Shown here: piece by piece, positions 1 through 10,278 of the stretch
Numbering within the stretch: position 1 is the stretch's first letter
Layout: each line of letters begins with the position of its first letter
DNA from: a cyanobacterium endosymbiont of Rhopalodia gibba
GTDB taxonomy: Bacteria; Cyanobacteriota; Cyanobacteriia; Cyanobacteriales; Microcystaceae
Assembly: GCA_045159875.1 (NCBI GenBank)
Contig: CP067995.1
Coordinates: forward strand, 288,001-352,000
Reading direction: 5' to 3'
Length of the DNA stretch: 64,000 nucleotides
Notes under the pieces: generated by a model
Seen by the model: only the letters and a program-made list of their open reading frames with translations
Told to the model about the DNA's origin: nothing
Databases searched by the model: none
Program-made: the position numbers and the translations under genes

Positions 1-152
1 GACAGGTAACAAAACGTTATTTAGCTAATGGGGCTTCCTGGGGTCCTGAAGGTCCAAAGACAGTGGTTAAAAGCATCCTATCATCTTTAGATCAGTCCTC
101 TATTCTAAATCGAATTAAGTGGGAATTGGGAGCAAAATTGAAACGGAGTTAG
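1..152 (+). CDS. 3' end of an unidentified CDS truncated by the window edge
   Basis: Open frame from position 3 reads QVTKRYLANGASWGPEGPKTVVKSILSSLDQSSILNRIKWELGAKLKRS* (TAG 150-152), with coding-like composition. Confidence 0.5.
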   Translation, partial: QVTKRYLANGASWGPEGPKTVVKSILSSLDQSSILNRIKWELGAKLKRS

Positions 153-608
153 TCGTTGAAAGCGTTATTTTTTTAGTTGTTGAGAATAACAAAAGTGTTT
201 TTAAATCTCGTCGAACTTACGTTCATAAAACTGAATGTGGCGAATCAATTTTGTTAGTTAACGTTCATTAAATTTATTAATGGAGTGGTTATCTGTCAAG
301 TTTTTTCTGATTTATTTATCATAATTACATCCTTTGTCATGTATAAAGTAGTCGGAGTTTAGGGAATCACGCTTTTCTACAAGGAAATTCTTAGAACAGT
401 TGGAGTGATCGCTTCTGCAACAGTTTCCCTATTACAAGCTTCCTATCAAGATTAACTTTTTCTGAGTCGTTACTAGACAGAATTGTAGCTGTAGCAGTAT
501 TTGCAACTTTATTAAAACACTAAACTTCTACTCGAATTTTAGTTCCTTTTAGGGACACAATAGGAGTTCCATGTTGTTCGTTCTTAATTTTTTCATGTTT
601 TTCTCAGT

Positions 609-1715
609 TTAAAATCCATCAACCACAGGATGGAAATAAAACGCTAATCCAATCACCATATAAGTCGCTAATAACAGGGTTCCTTCTAACCAATTAGACC
701 GACCATCAGAACTAATAGAATTAGTAATTAAAACGGCGACAGCAACAGCTACCAATTCAAAAGAATTAAAACCAAGATCCATCGGTTTCCCTAAAATCCA
801 TCCTAAAATCACCAACACTGGAGCAACAAATAGTGCAATTTGTAAGCTTGAACCTACTGCAATAGCCATTGATAGATCCATCTTATCTTTAATGGCAACC
901 ATCACTGCCGTAGTATGTTCTGCCGCGTTACCCACAATGGGAAGTAATATGACCCCAGTAAATAAAGAGGTTAGTCCTAAAGATTCTGTAGCTTCTTCTA
1001 GGGAATTAACCAATAATTCCGATTCAATAGCAACCACAAAAGTTATTAACAATAAGAGAAACCACCACTGTCCTACATTAACTTTTTGGGAGTATTCCTC
1101 ACTAGATTCTGATATGTCTCTATCTTCCATTTCCAGTATTCCCACATCATAAAGATAGACATGGGTTTTCATGGAAAAAATTAGAGTTAAAATATAAACA
1201 ATAATTAAAACGATAGCTACAGCAACTGAAAGATTTTGTAGGGTTTGTTCTTCAATTCCTGTGGAAGTATATTGAACGGCTGTCGGTAAAAGAATAGCGA
1301 CTATTGCTAAATTCATTGAGGATGCATTTAATCGGGCAGCCACAGGTTGAAATTCCTGTTCTTTGTAGCGAAGTCCTCCAAATAACATGGCAAAGCCTAC
1401 AACTAACAATAAATTACTAATAATTGAACCTATGATAGTGGCTTTCACCACACTAATTAATCCCTCTTTGAGGGCAATTAATGCTAAAATTAGCTCAGTG
1501 GCATTCCCAAAAGTGGCATTGAGTAATCCTCCTAAATTTGGACCAGCAACTACTGCGATCTCTTCTGTTGCTTCCCCGATAAAAGCAGCTAATGGGACAA
1601 TGGCTAAAGCAGCAGTGATAAAAACTACTTTAGAGCCCCAGTGAAAATAATTAGCAGCAAAAGATAAGGGGATAAATAGCAATAGTAAAAACAAGAGGTT
1701 CTTTTTAGTTATCAT
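609..1715 (-). CDS. cax: Ca2+/H+ antiporter (CAX/ChaA family)
   Basis: Alpha-repeat motifs GGLLNATFGNATELI and GNAAEH; about 11 hydrophobic segments; C-terminal SDGRSNWLEG. ATG at 1715 (TTG 1721 is an alternative start). Confidence 0.93.
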   Translation of the reverse strand: MITKKNLLFLLLLFIPLSFAANYFHWGSKVVFITAALAIVPLAAFIGEATEEIAVVAGPNLGGLLNATFGNATELILALIALKEGLISVVKATIIGSIISNLLLVVGFAMLFGGLRYKEQEFQPVAARLNASSMNLAIVAILLPTAVQYTSTGIEEQTLQNLSVAVAIVLIIVYILTLIFSMKTHVYLYDVGILEMEDRDISESSEEYSQKVNVGQWWFLLLLITFVVAIESELLVNSLEEATESLGLTSLFTGVILLPIVGNAAEHTTAVMVAIKDKMDLSMAIAVGSSLQIALFVAPVLVILGWILGKPMDLGFNSFELVAVAVAVLITNSISSDGRSNWLEGTLLLATYMVIGLAFYFHPVVDGF

Positions 1716-1897
1716 GAACAATGAGCGATCTTCAACTAGAGAACATTTATCTTTAATCTAGCTCTAGTTTAAGTCATTTTAGAATCATCATGTTCTTTCA
1801 TATGAGAATACAATCAAGTTATCAAAGTCTGTGTTTTATTTCATTATGTCTCTTTTAGTTAGTTTTTCTGAATAAGAAATCATCATAATTTCTATTT

Positions 1898-2449
1898 ATG
1901 GCACGTAGACCTCGCGATTATCATTCCGGTTCTAGACCACCTCGTTATTCTTCTCCAGAAACTTCTGATTCCAAATTTAATTACGCTAATGTCGCCTTAT
2001 TAGGGGGAATTTTTATCTTAGGAATTGGCGTTGGTATTGGAGTTAGTTCCACCGCAAGTTTTGACCCCCAAAATGTTGCCTCACGGGAAGTCATTGACAA
2101 AAGTGTGCCTGACGCTGAACTTTGCGTTCAATTTGGAGCTAGTGCTATTGTCACTGATATGCGGGTTTTTATTACCCTTAACCCCTTCAGTGTCTTTGTC
2201 ACTCAACCGGCAATGCAACCAGGATGTGTATTACGCCGCGCTAATATGAGTTTACTTGAACAACAAAGATTGATTACAGGGGAACAGGTGAAAGACTGTA
2301 AAAATCGAATGAATACTTTTGGGTTTACAGGTTCTCTTGAGACTAAACCGGAAATTAATTGTATTTATCCTAATGATGCCGCGGGAAATCTCTTTTTGAA
2401 CCCCGCAGGCTCGGTAACCCCCCCCCGTTCAGAAACCGATAATTTTTAA
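1898..2449 (+). CDS. DUF3172 family conserved cyanobacterial membrane protein
   Basis: One TM segment, then NVASREVID...LCVQFGASAIVTDMRVFITLNPFSVFVTQP..QPGCVLR. Confidence 0.8.
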   Translation: MARRPRDYHSGSRPPRYSSPETSDSKFNYANVALLGGIFILGIGVGIGVSSTASFDPQNVASREVIDKSVPDAELCVQFGASAIVTDMRVFITLNPFSVFVTQPAMQPGCVLRRANMSLLEQQRLITGEQVKDCKNRMNTFGFTGSLETKPEINCIYPNDAAGNLFLNPAGSVTPPRSETDNF

Positions 2450-2825
2450 ACACTGATGCCCATCATAATCCAGCCCAGAGGAATACCTGGTTCAATGGTA
2501 ATCTAATCGCGGTATTGCGAAAGGAATTCTTTTAAACGAAAAGGATCAAATTCAATTCATAACAAGATCTAGATAAATTTTGGTTGAATCTTAGAATTAT
2601 AATCAATTTTAGCCTTAAACTGTCACCAAACTGGATTTAAGGTGAAACAAGATCTTAGTTCAGTGCGTCTATTAAATCATTACTAATTTAGTAGAGTGAC
2701 TTTTAGTTTGTGACTGAAAGTAGAAGTTAAGGTTTATTAACCTTTAACAACCTCTAAAAATCAATAGTCATAATCAACTTAATCACTGATAATTGATAGG
2801 ATTAATCAATTTCTAGTTTAAACTT

Positions 2826-4712
2826 ATGTGTGGAATTGTTGGCTATATCGGAACTCAAACCGCAACGGATATTTTAATGAGCGGTTTAGAAAGATTAGAA
2901 TATCGAGGTTATGACTCAGCAGGAATAGCTACTCTTCTAGAAGGAAACATTCATTGCGTACGAGCTAAGGGAAAATTGTATAATCTGCGCGAAAAATTAG
3001 GACGGGATGTTAACCCCTCTCAAGTTGGTATTGGACACACCCGTTGGGCGACTCATGGTAAACCTGAAGAATATAATGCCCATCCTCACATGGATGCAAC
3101 CAAGCAGATAGCTGTGGTGCAGAATGGTATTATTGAAAATTATCGAGATTTGCGTGAAGAATTAATCAGTCAGGGTTATGAATTTCTCTCCGAAACTGAC
3201 ACAGAAGTCATTCCTCATTTAATTGCTCAATTTCTCCCTAAAACTTCGGACTATGATAATTTACTTACTGCTGTTCAAAAAACCATTCATCGTCTCAGAG
3301 GGTCTTTCGCCATTGCCGTTATTTGTGCCGACTATCCTGATGAATTAATTTTGGCGCGAAATCAAGCTCCCCTCATTATTGGCTTTGGTCAAGGAGAATT
3401 TTTCTGTGCTTCTGATGTCACTGCCTTAGTTCCTCATACCCATGCGGTTTTGTCGATGGAAAATGGGGAAATTGCCCGTTTAACTCCCCTCGGCGTAGAA
3501 ATCTATGATTCCACCTTACAACGCCTAAAAAAGCTTCCTAGAACTCTTGACTGGACAGTAACTACGGTGGAAAAACAAGGGTTTCGCCACTTTATGTTAA
3601 AGGAAATTCATGAACAACCTTCGGTGGTTAGAAGTTGTTTAGAAACCTATTTACACAGTGATTGGTATACCCAAAATGGTGACAATTTAAGTCCCATTGA
3701 TTTAGGATCAGCATCTGAATTGTGCGATAACGTGGATTATATTCAAATTGTTGCTTGTGGAACTAGTTGGAATGCTAGTTTAGTTGGAAAGTATCTACTC
3801 GAACAAATTGCAGGAATTCCGACGATGGTACAGTATGCCTCAGAATTTCGTTATTCTCCTGCGCCAATGATGGCAAATACCTTAACCATTGGTGTTACCC
3901 AGTCAGGGGAAACTGCTGATACTTTAGCCGCATTAGAAATGGAAAAACAACGACGCATTGGGTTAATTTATCCCTATGACGCGCGAATTTTAGGGATTAC
4001 AAACCGCCCCGAAAGTACCCTGTCCCACATGGTAGATCGTATTATAAATACTCAAGCAGGTATTGAAATTGGGGTAGCGGCCACCAAGAGTTTTACGGCT
4101 CAATTAATGGGGTTTTATTTTTTAGCTATTCACTTAGCTCATCGTAAACATTATTTAACAGTGGACAAGATTAATACCTTGATTAAGGGCTTACGAGAAC
4201 TGCCATCTCAAATTGAGATTATTTTAGAAAAACAAGAGAAGAAAATTGAAGAATTAGCCCATGAATTTGCTGACACTAAAGACTTTATATTTTTAGGACG
4301 TAGCATTAATTTTCCTATTGCATTAGAAGGATCTTTAAAATTAAAAGAAATTAGTTATATTCATGCAGCAGGATATCCCGCAGGAGAGATGAAACATGGC
4401 CCTATTGCCTTGTTAGATTCTAAAGTTCCAGTCGTTGCGATTGCAATGCCTGGGCTAGTTTATGATAAAATATTATCCAATGCACAAGAGGCAAAGGCAA
4501 GAGATGCAAGGTTAATTGGGGTAACATCTATTGACAATAATGAAGCGCGATCAACATTTGATGATTTGCTGCTTGTTCCACATGTTGATGAATTATTATC
4601 CCCGATAATTGCAGTTATTCCCTTACAATTGCTAGCCTATCATATTGCTGCTAGACGGGGGCTAGATGTAGACCAGCCTCGTAATTTAGCTAAAAGTGTA
4701 ACCGTTGAATAA
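2826..4712 (+). CDS. glmS: glutamine--fructose-6-phosphate aminotransferase
   Basis: N-terminal MCGIVG, GHTRWATHG, SIS domains, C-terminal DVDQPRNLAKSVTVE. Confidence 0.99.
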   Translation: MCGIVGYIGTQTATDILMSGLERLEYRGYDSAGIATLLEGNIHCVRAKGKLYNLREKLGRDVNPSQVGIGHTRWATHGKPEEYNAHPHMDATKQIAVVQNGIIENYRDLREELISQGYEFLSETDTEVIPHLIAQFLPKTSDYDNLLTAVQKTIHRLRGSFAIAVICADYPDELILARNQAPLIIGFGQGEFFCASDVTALVPHTHAVLSMENGEIARLTPLGVEIYDSTLQRLKKLPRTLDWTVTTVEKQGFRHFMLKEIHEQPSVVRSCLETYLHSDWYTQNGDNLSPIDLGSASELCDNVDYIQIVACGTSWNASLVGKYLLEQIAGIPTMVQYASEFRYSPAPMMANTLTIGVTQSGETADTLAALEMEKQRRIGLIYPYDARILGITNRPESTLSHMVDRIINTQAGIEIGVAATKSFTAQLMGFYFLAIHLAHRKHYLTVDKINTLIKGLRELPSQIEIILEKQEKKIEELAHEFADTKDFIFLGRSINFPIALEGSLKLKEISYIHAAGYPAGEMKHGPIALLDSKVPVVAIAMPGLVYDKILSNAQEAKARDARLIGVTSIDNNEARSTFDDLLLVPHVDELLSPIIAVIPLQLLAYHIAARRGLDVDQPRNLAKSVTVE

Positions 4713-4821
4713 TTATCAATTTGAGGCTGAAAGATAAAATAAGAAGGAACAAAAAAATTGTTTATTTTGAGTAGTCTAATTGAAAATTATGTTAGAGAAC
4801 AATCATTAATATCGATTTAAT

Positions 4822-4864
4822 TAGGTTGATCAATCATTATCTAAGCTAATCATTGATCAACCTA
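4822..4864. repeat. inverted repeat downstream of glmS (possible terminator)
   Basis: TAGGTTGATCAAT...ATTGATCAACCTA: perfect 13-bp outer arms with imperfect inner pairing. Confidence 0.6.
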
Positions 4865-6891
4865 GTCGTGTGATAGATTATCCTATAAAATAATCAGAAA
4901 TTTTACTAAGTTTTCATTTTCTAAAAAGATAGAAGTTATATATTAATCATAACTAATAGAAAAAGACCATAAATCACTTAGACTATTTATTAAATTAAAA
5001 AACTATAAAGATAGAGTAAAAGATCGTCTAATAATAACTCTTATTATTGTACTACAATAAATCCGTAATTAACTCACTCACCGTTTTAACTTTTGTTTTT
5101 CTTTGTTGTAAGTTGGTTAAAATGGCTCGGTTACTATCTACAATTTCTGAGCGTATTTTTTCTATTTTTGGATTAAATTAAATAAATAATCTTGCTCCTT
5201 AATTAATAAGACTTCGATTCATTTAATTAGATTAAGAAAGTAAACTGTAATCAGTTTGTTAGAGATTAAATATAATTTGAATAAGGACTATCAGAACCAA
5301 TTTATAGGAAAAAAAAACTAAGTATTTATGCTATGCAAAAATATTTTATCAGAGTTGATAGATTATTGTAGACAAATTACTTTAAAAAATTTACTTTTAA
5401 AAAAGTGTTGGCAAAGTTAATTGCTAAGAGAACGGCAAGATATATCCGGGTAGCATAATACACAAAAAGACGTTTTAGTGCGTTACAAAAAAAAATGCAA
5501 TTTATCTAAAATTCACTATAAAATGTGAGTTTACTTAGATTGAAAACACGGTTGTCATTCTCGATATCTAAGTTAAAATACGATAAAATTAATGATTATT
5601 TTAAATAATAACTGCCAATAATCAAGACTTTAATAGTTATAAAAAAACGGCAGAATACAAGGCTAAACTACTTTTCTTCCAGAATCTAGTAAAAAGCTTA
5701 TAAAAAACAATTCTAAATACTTCTAAAAACTTCAATATCTCAAATGTTTAATGCGAGATATATTTTTAAGTTAGTCGTTAATCGTTGCAACTAAAGAAAG
5801 CCTAAGAAGTAAAATTTTACCAATCAGTTTCACGTGGTTTTACTTGATCTGCTGTCGATATGGTTCTTGAGTTAACTCAAAAACCAATAATTTATTGTAG
5901 TCGTTTATAATTAAATGTGGTTTAAACTACTAACAGCTACTACACAAAATTTTTATCTCATGCAACTAAGCCTTCAAAAACTCGGTATCATTACTGTGAG
6001 TTTGATAAAAAACTTCTATTAGAGTACTTTAGATAAAACTAGTTCCTCTAATTTATCCTTTACAGGTGTGTGAAAAATAGTACATTCAAATTATTATTCA
6101 GGGCACAAGTTCCACAAAGTGATTGTAGCCTACTAGATTAGTAAATACTTATTTGCAATGGGCGACTATAATGGATAAAATCATTTAAAAGTTCGATATC
6201 CTGGCTAAAAAAACCTGATTACAATGATCATAACTTTACCTGTTTTTAAATAAGAAAAGTATCTTTTTTCTATAGGACTATAATATCCATATAGATTATT
6301 TGCTCTGTGCAAGAATATAATTTTTTCTACAAATATTTTTCCAGTTTTTTAAAAAGTGCTCATTTTAACTTATTTATTTCTTGATCCCTATAAGTTTTAT
6401 TTTTGGCTATTTCTACTTCTTAGTACGTACGTATAACTTATATTTTATTGAGTAATATTATTTTTTCATAATTGAGCCATCTTTATTTGAGTTTTAGCAT
6501 TATTTTGTTGGACAAATAACTTCAACTTTTGTTGATTATCATTTTGAAGATGTCTTTCTTATTTATGAGTAATTGCTATATGATGTACTGCTTATTTTGT
6601 CGTTCTTAAGCATAAATCAAAAGTATTATAACTAAGTCTAAATAAACAATAGCCTCCATTTTTGTGTTCTGTTTGTACTTTTATAACCGCCTTTTATCGT
6701 AAATCTTAACTATAAGGCGCTGGCATAACTGATAACGTTCACTTAAACATTTGATTAGAACAGAACTAATCAAAAACTGTCTTAATATTTTTATATAGTG
6801 CCATAGCTGCGACAAAACTTTAAAAAATAAGAGCTAAAAGCCTTGATTTATAAAATTTTTAATGGGTTAAAAAGCTAATCATATAAAGATT

Positions 6892-6951
6892 GAGTTATTG
6901 GAGTTATAGGAGTTATAGAATAGACTTACAGTTAAAATTATAGGAGTTATT
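6892..6951. repeat. short tandem repeat with a GAGTTATAG-like unit
   Basis: gagttattg-gagttatag-gagttatag, plus a further ttataggagttat copy, just downstream of mreD. Confidence 0.55.
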
Positions 6952-6993
6952 AGCTACTAATTTATTATTTTCAGTCTAGAAAAGCTTTAATTT

Positions 6994-7542
6994 TTATTTT
7001 TTGCTGTTGACTTTATATTGAGTTTTATGAGGAGCTTTTTCCCACCAGGAATTCAGAGGATAATAGAACACAGGAGCCCATAAACTACTCAAAATTGCTG
7101 AGGACAAAACCAACTGTCGATAGTCCCTACTAATTTCTTCTAAAGGACGTATTTTACCCGCAAAATATTGAATTGCTGTAACGGTTTCTACTAAAAAAAC
7201 CATAACAAAGACAATCAAGGCAATCGAAATAAAGTCTTCTTGAAGATAACGTTGTTTTTGTAAACGAGCTGTCAAAAATCCTACTAAGACTAGACCAAAA
7301 ACATGGGAGGGATAAGCTCCTGTCAATCCATCTTGAATTAATCCTAACAACAGTCCTGCCATTACCCCTTGAAAAACAGTCCGATTGACACTCCAAATTA
7401 CCACCCAAATTAACACCCAATTAGTACCAATGCCTAACAACTCTGTCCCAGGAAAACGAGTAGGAGACAGTAATAAACATAGGGTAATAGACCCGCCAAT
7501 CACCAAAATATTTATCAAATAATAGCGAAACCAAAACATCAT
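6994..7542 (-). CDS. mreD: rod shape-determining protein MreD
   Basis: Hydrophobic protein with P.RFPG.ELLGI..NW and GLIQDGLT; last gene of the mreBCD operon, overlapping mreC by 4 bp. Confidence 0.92.
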   Translation of the reverse strand: MMFWFRYYLINILVIGGSITLCLLLSPTRFPGTELLGIGTNWVLIWVVIWSVNRTVFQGVMAGLLLGLIQDGLTGAYPSHVFGLVLVGFLTARLQKQRYLQEDFISIALIVFVMVFLVETVTAIQYFAGKIRPLEEISRDYRQLVLSSAILSSLWAPVFYYPLNSWWEKAPHKTQYKVNSKK

Positions 7543-8288
7543 TTGCTGTCAAAGGGATAGACAATTGCCCATTCTAAATCATTAATTGGAGCCGTTAATT
7601 TAATTGTTGCCTGAGGAGCTGGACTACTTTCGAGATTCACTGACTCAACCCGTCCAATAGGTAAACCTCCTGGAAAAAGACGACTAACTGGAGAAGTAGT
7701 AATAGTATCACCAGGATGGACCTTGGGAACTTTCTCAAAAAATCGCATCACTACTATTCGAGAGCCTTTCCCTTCCACCAACCCCATGGTGCGACTACGA
7801 CTCACCGTAGCTCCAACCCGACTCGTGGGATCGCTGACTAATAAAACTCGGCTAGTATGGAGAGTAACATCCACTACTCGACCGATGATACCTCCAATAC
7901 CGGTAACAATAAAACCAACTTCAATTCCATCTCGACTTCCTCGACCTAAAATTACTTGTTTCCACCAATCGTCTGTACTACGCCCAATAATGGGAGCAGT
8001 AATTACTGATTGAGATTGTGTCTCAAAGTATCCCAGGAGTTTTTGTAACTGTTGATTTTGTCGTTCTAGTTCAGCTAAACGCATTTCCAACTCTTGAATT
8101 CGTGCGTTAGTGAGTCGCTCTTGTAGTAACACAGGGGGGGCTGGCTCAAAAGGACGACTAAGCCAATAATATAGTTCTAGGATAGGTGCACCCTGTGTTT
8201 GTCGAAAAAACCAGCCGATTCCTAAGGCTATCACTGCCCACGTCAATTTTGAGCCATATCGAGCATACCAACGCCTCACTATTAGCAT
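7539..8288 (-). CDS. mreC: rod shape-determining protein MreC
   Basis: TM segment, coiled coil, WWKQVILGRGSRDG, SRVLLVSDPTSRVG, FPGGLPIG. Confidence 0.95.
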   Translation of the reverse strand: MLIVRRWYARYGSKLTWAVIALGIGWFFRQTQGAPILELYYWLSRPFEPAPPVLLQERLTNARIQELEMRLAELERQNQQLQKLLGYFETQSQSVITAPIIGRSTDDWWKQVILGRGSRDGIEVGFIVTGIGGIIGRVVDVTLHTSRVLLVSDPTSRVGATVSRSRTMGLVEGKGSRIVVMRFFEKVPKVHPGDTITTSPVSRLFPGGLPIGRVESVNLESSPAPQATIKLTAPINDLEWAIVYPFDSK

Positions 8289-8321
8289 ATTATTGCTTGC
8301 AATTACCTAAGAAGTTGTTTA

Positions 8322-9374
8322 TTACATTAGACGAGAGCTTTCTCTCAAAACTCGATCTAAAATTTTAGGGTTTTTGAGAACTTCTCCAGTTCCCTTCACA
8401 ACACAGCGTAGAGCATCTTCAGCTACATGAGTCACAATACCCGTTTCATGGCTTAGAAGAGTATCAAGACCTCTGAGTAAAGCTCCCCCACCAGCTAACA
8501 TAATTCCTCGATCAATAATGTCCGCCGCTAATTCTGGGGGAGTCCTTTCTAAAGTCCGTTTCACTGCATCGACAATAACTGCTAAAGGTTCAGCCATACT
8601 TTCTCTAATTTCTTCACCTCTAACCGTTATGGTTCGTGGTAAGCCAGACATCAAGTGTAACCCACGAACGTCCATAATGGGTTCATCTTCATGTCGTAGC
8701 GGATAGGCCGATGCTAAACGAATTTTAATTTCTTCGGCGGTACGTTCCCCTATCACGAGATTATGAACTTTTTTCATATAGTTAATAATAGACTCGGTGA
8801 GTTCATCTCCTGCCACCCGAACAGATTCACTAAGCACCCGTCCTTGTAAACTTAAAACCGCTACCTCTGTAGTTCCCCCACCAATGTCTACAATCATGTT
8901 ACCCGTAGCTTCGGTAACAGGTAAACCAGCACCAAGGGCAGCTGCAACCGGTTCTTCTATTAACCCCACATCTCTAGCTCCAGCCTCTCTCGCGGCATCG
9001 ATTACTGCGCGACGTTCCACCTCAGTAATGCCACTGGGAATTCCAATCACCATTCTTGGATTTCCTAAGGGACTTCCCTCGTGGGCGCGACTAATAAATT
9101 CTTTGAGCATGATCATAGCACTTAAAAAGTCAGCTATCACACCGTCGCGCAGGGGACGCACAGCTATTATATTTCCTGGTGTACGACCTAGCATCTTTTT
9201 GGCTTCTTCCCCAACTGCCAAAGAAAGTTTTCGTTCTTGATCAATAGCAACTACTGATGGTTCTTCAAGCACCACCCCTTTACCAGAAACATAGATAAGA
9301 GTATTGGCAGTTCCTAAATCTATACCCATATCTCTTGACAGAGAAAAACGACTAAAAAAACCAAATTTTGGCAT
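8322..9374 (-). CDS. mreB: rod shape-determining protein MreB
   Basis: GIDLGTANTL, VDIGGGTTEVAV, GIMLAGGGALL. Confidence 0.98.
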   Translation of the reverse strand: MPKFGFFSRFSLSRDMGIDLGTANTLIYVSGKGVVLEEPSVVAIDQERKLSLAVGEEAKKMLGRTPGNIIAVRPLRDGVIADFLSAMIMLKEFISRAHEGSPLGNPRMVIGIPSGITEVERRAVIDAAREAGARDVGLIEEPVAAALGAGLPVTEATGNMIVDIGGGTTEVAVLSLQGRVLSESVRVAGDELTESIINYMKKVHNLVIGERTAEEIKIRLASAYPLRHEDEPIMDVRGLHLMSGLPRTITVRGEEIRESMAEPLAVIVDAVKRTLERTPPELAADIIDRGIMLAGGGALLRGLDTLLSHETGIVTHVAEDALRCVVKGTGEVLKNPKILDRVLRESSRLM

Positions 9375-9736
9375 TTTTTGTTACACTTCCTATATTAAAT
9401 AACCGACTGACTAATTTAAAATGACCCCAGAATTAAGGATATCAATGAAATCGTAATTATGTTTCTTAATGGTAAGTCTAGCTGAATTAATGAATTTATA
9501 GTGATAAACACTCAAATTGTAAGCATAATTTATCGGTCTTGACCCGTGCTTATTAGTGACCTTATGAATTCGTTCCCTAATTGTTGATTGTTTATAAAAG
9601 ATAGTTTGACTCTAAACTTTTTCCATAATGGCAATGATCATCAGTTTGAATTTAGATTAATTAAAGTCATTAAGATAATTTTCCTCTACAATGGAGGTAT
9701 TTTCGCACTAAATTACTGGTTAAAGTTAACAGATAA

Positions 9737-10105
9737 ATGGGATTAAACGTTATCAATTTAGTAGGTCGTGCAGGTGCTGATCCACAAGTCAGGTATTTTG
9801 ACTCAGGAAAAGTTTTATGTGAGCTTTCTTTAGCAGTTGGTCGTCGCAGCAGTAAGACTGATACGCCAGACTGGTTTAGACTCAAGATTTGGAACAAACC
9901 AGCCGAAATAGCAGCCAACTACGTAAGAAAAGGAGGATTGATTGGCATTCAAGGAGAGTTAGTCATTGAAACTTGGACTGATCGCAATACTGGAGCGAAT
10001 CGTTCTAGTCCAGTAATTGTAGTGGATCGGCTAGAATTGTTAGGGTCCAAGCGGGATAATGATTCAGGATCAATTAATAGTTATCAAGAAGCTGATGAGT
10101 TTTAA
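9737..10105 (+). CDS. ssb: single-stranded DNA-binding protein
   Basis: NVINLVGRAGADPQVRYF, OB fold, acidic C-terminal tail DEF; divergent from mreB. Confidence 0.96.
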   Translation: MGLNVINLVGRAGADPQVRYFDSGKVLCELSLAVGRRSSKTDTPDWFRLKIWNKPAEIAANYVRKGGLIGIQGELVIETWTDRNTGANRSSPVIVVDRLELLGSKRDNDSGSINSYQEADEF

Positions 10106-10278
10106 GCAATTGAGTTGACTGTTCCTCCTTTTTAGAAACGATAGCGATCAACTCAGTAACTTGTGATCGCTCCCCAAAATCCTCCGTCTTTTTACTAATA
10201 GAACCACCTGAAACTCGTCTTATCTTCTCTTAACGACCCTTACCTTTGTGTCCTTACCTAAGAAAAGGGATAACAGTT

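Noticed and set aside
892..1644. Antisense or alternate-frame ORFs over real genes (also 2025, 7154, 7723, 8186, 8518, 8797, 9670, 14002, 19942, 20141, 22864, 25402-25881, 27917, 28171, 33771, 38201, 38397, 41260-42237, 42605, 51287, 57623, 58296, 61510)
   Set aside because: These are shadow ORFs of well-supported genes and contain no recognisable motifs.
2450..2825. Possible psaC remnant upstream of glmS, where it often lies in cyanobacteria
   Set aside because: No CxxCxxCxxxCP traces were found in the frames I read.
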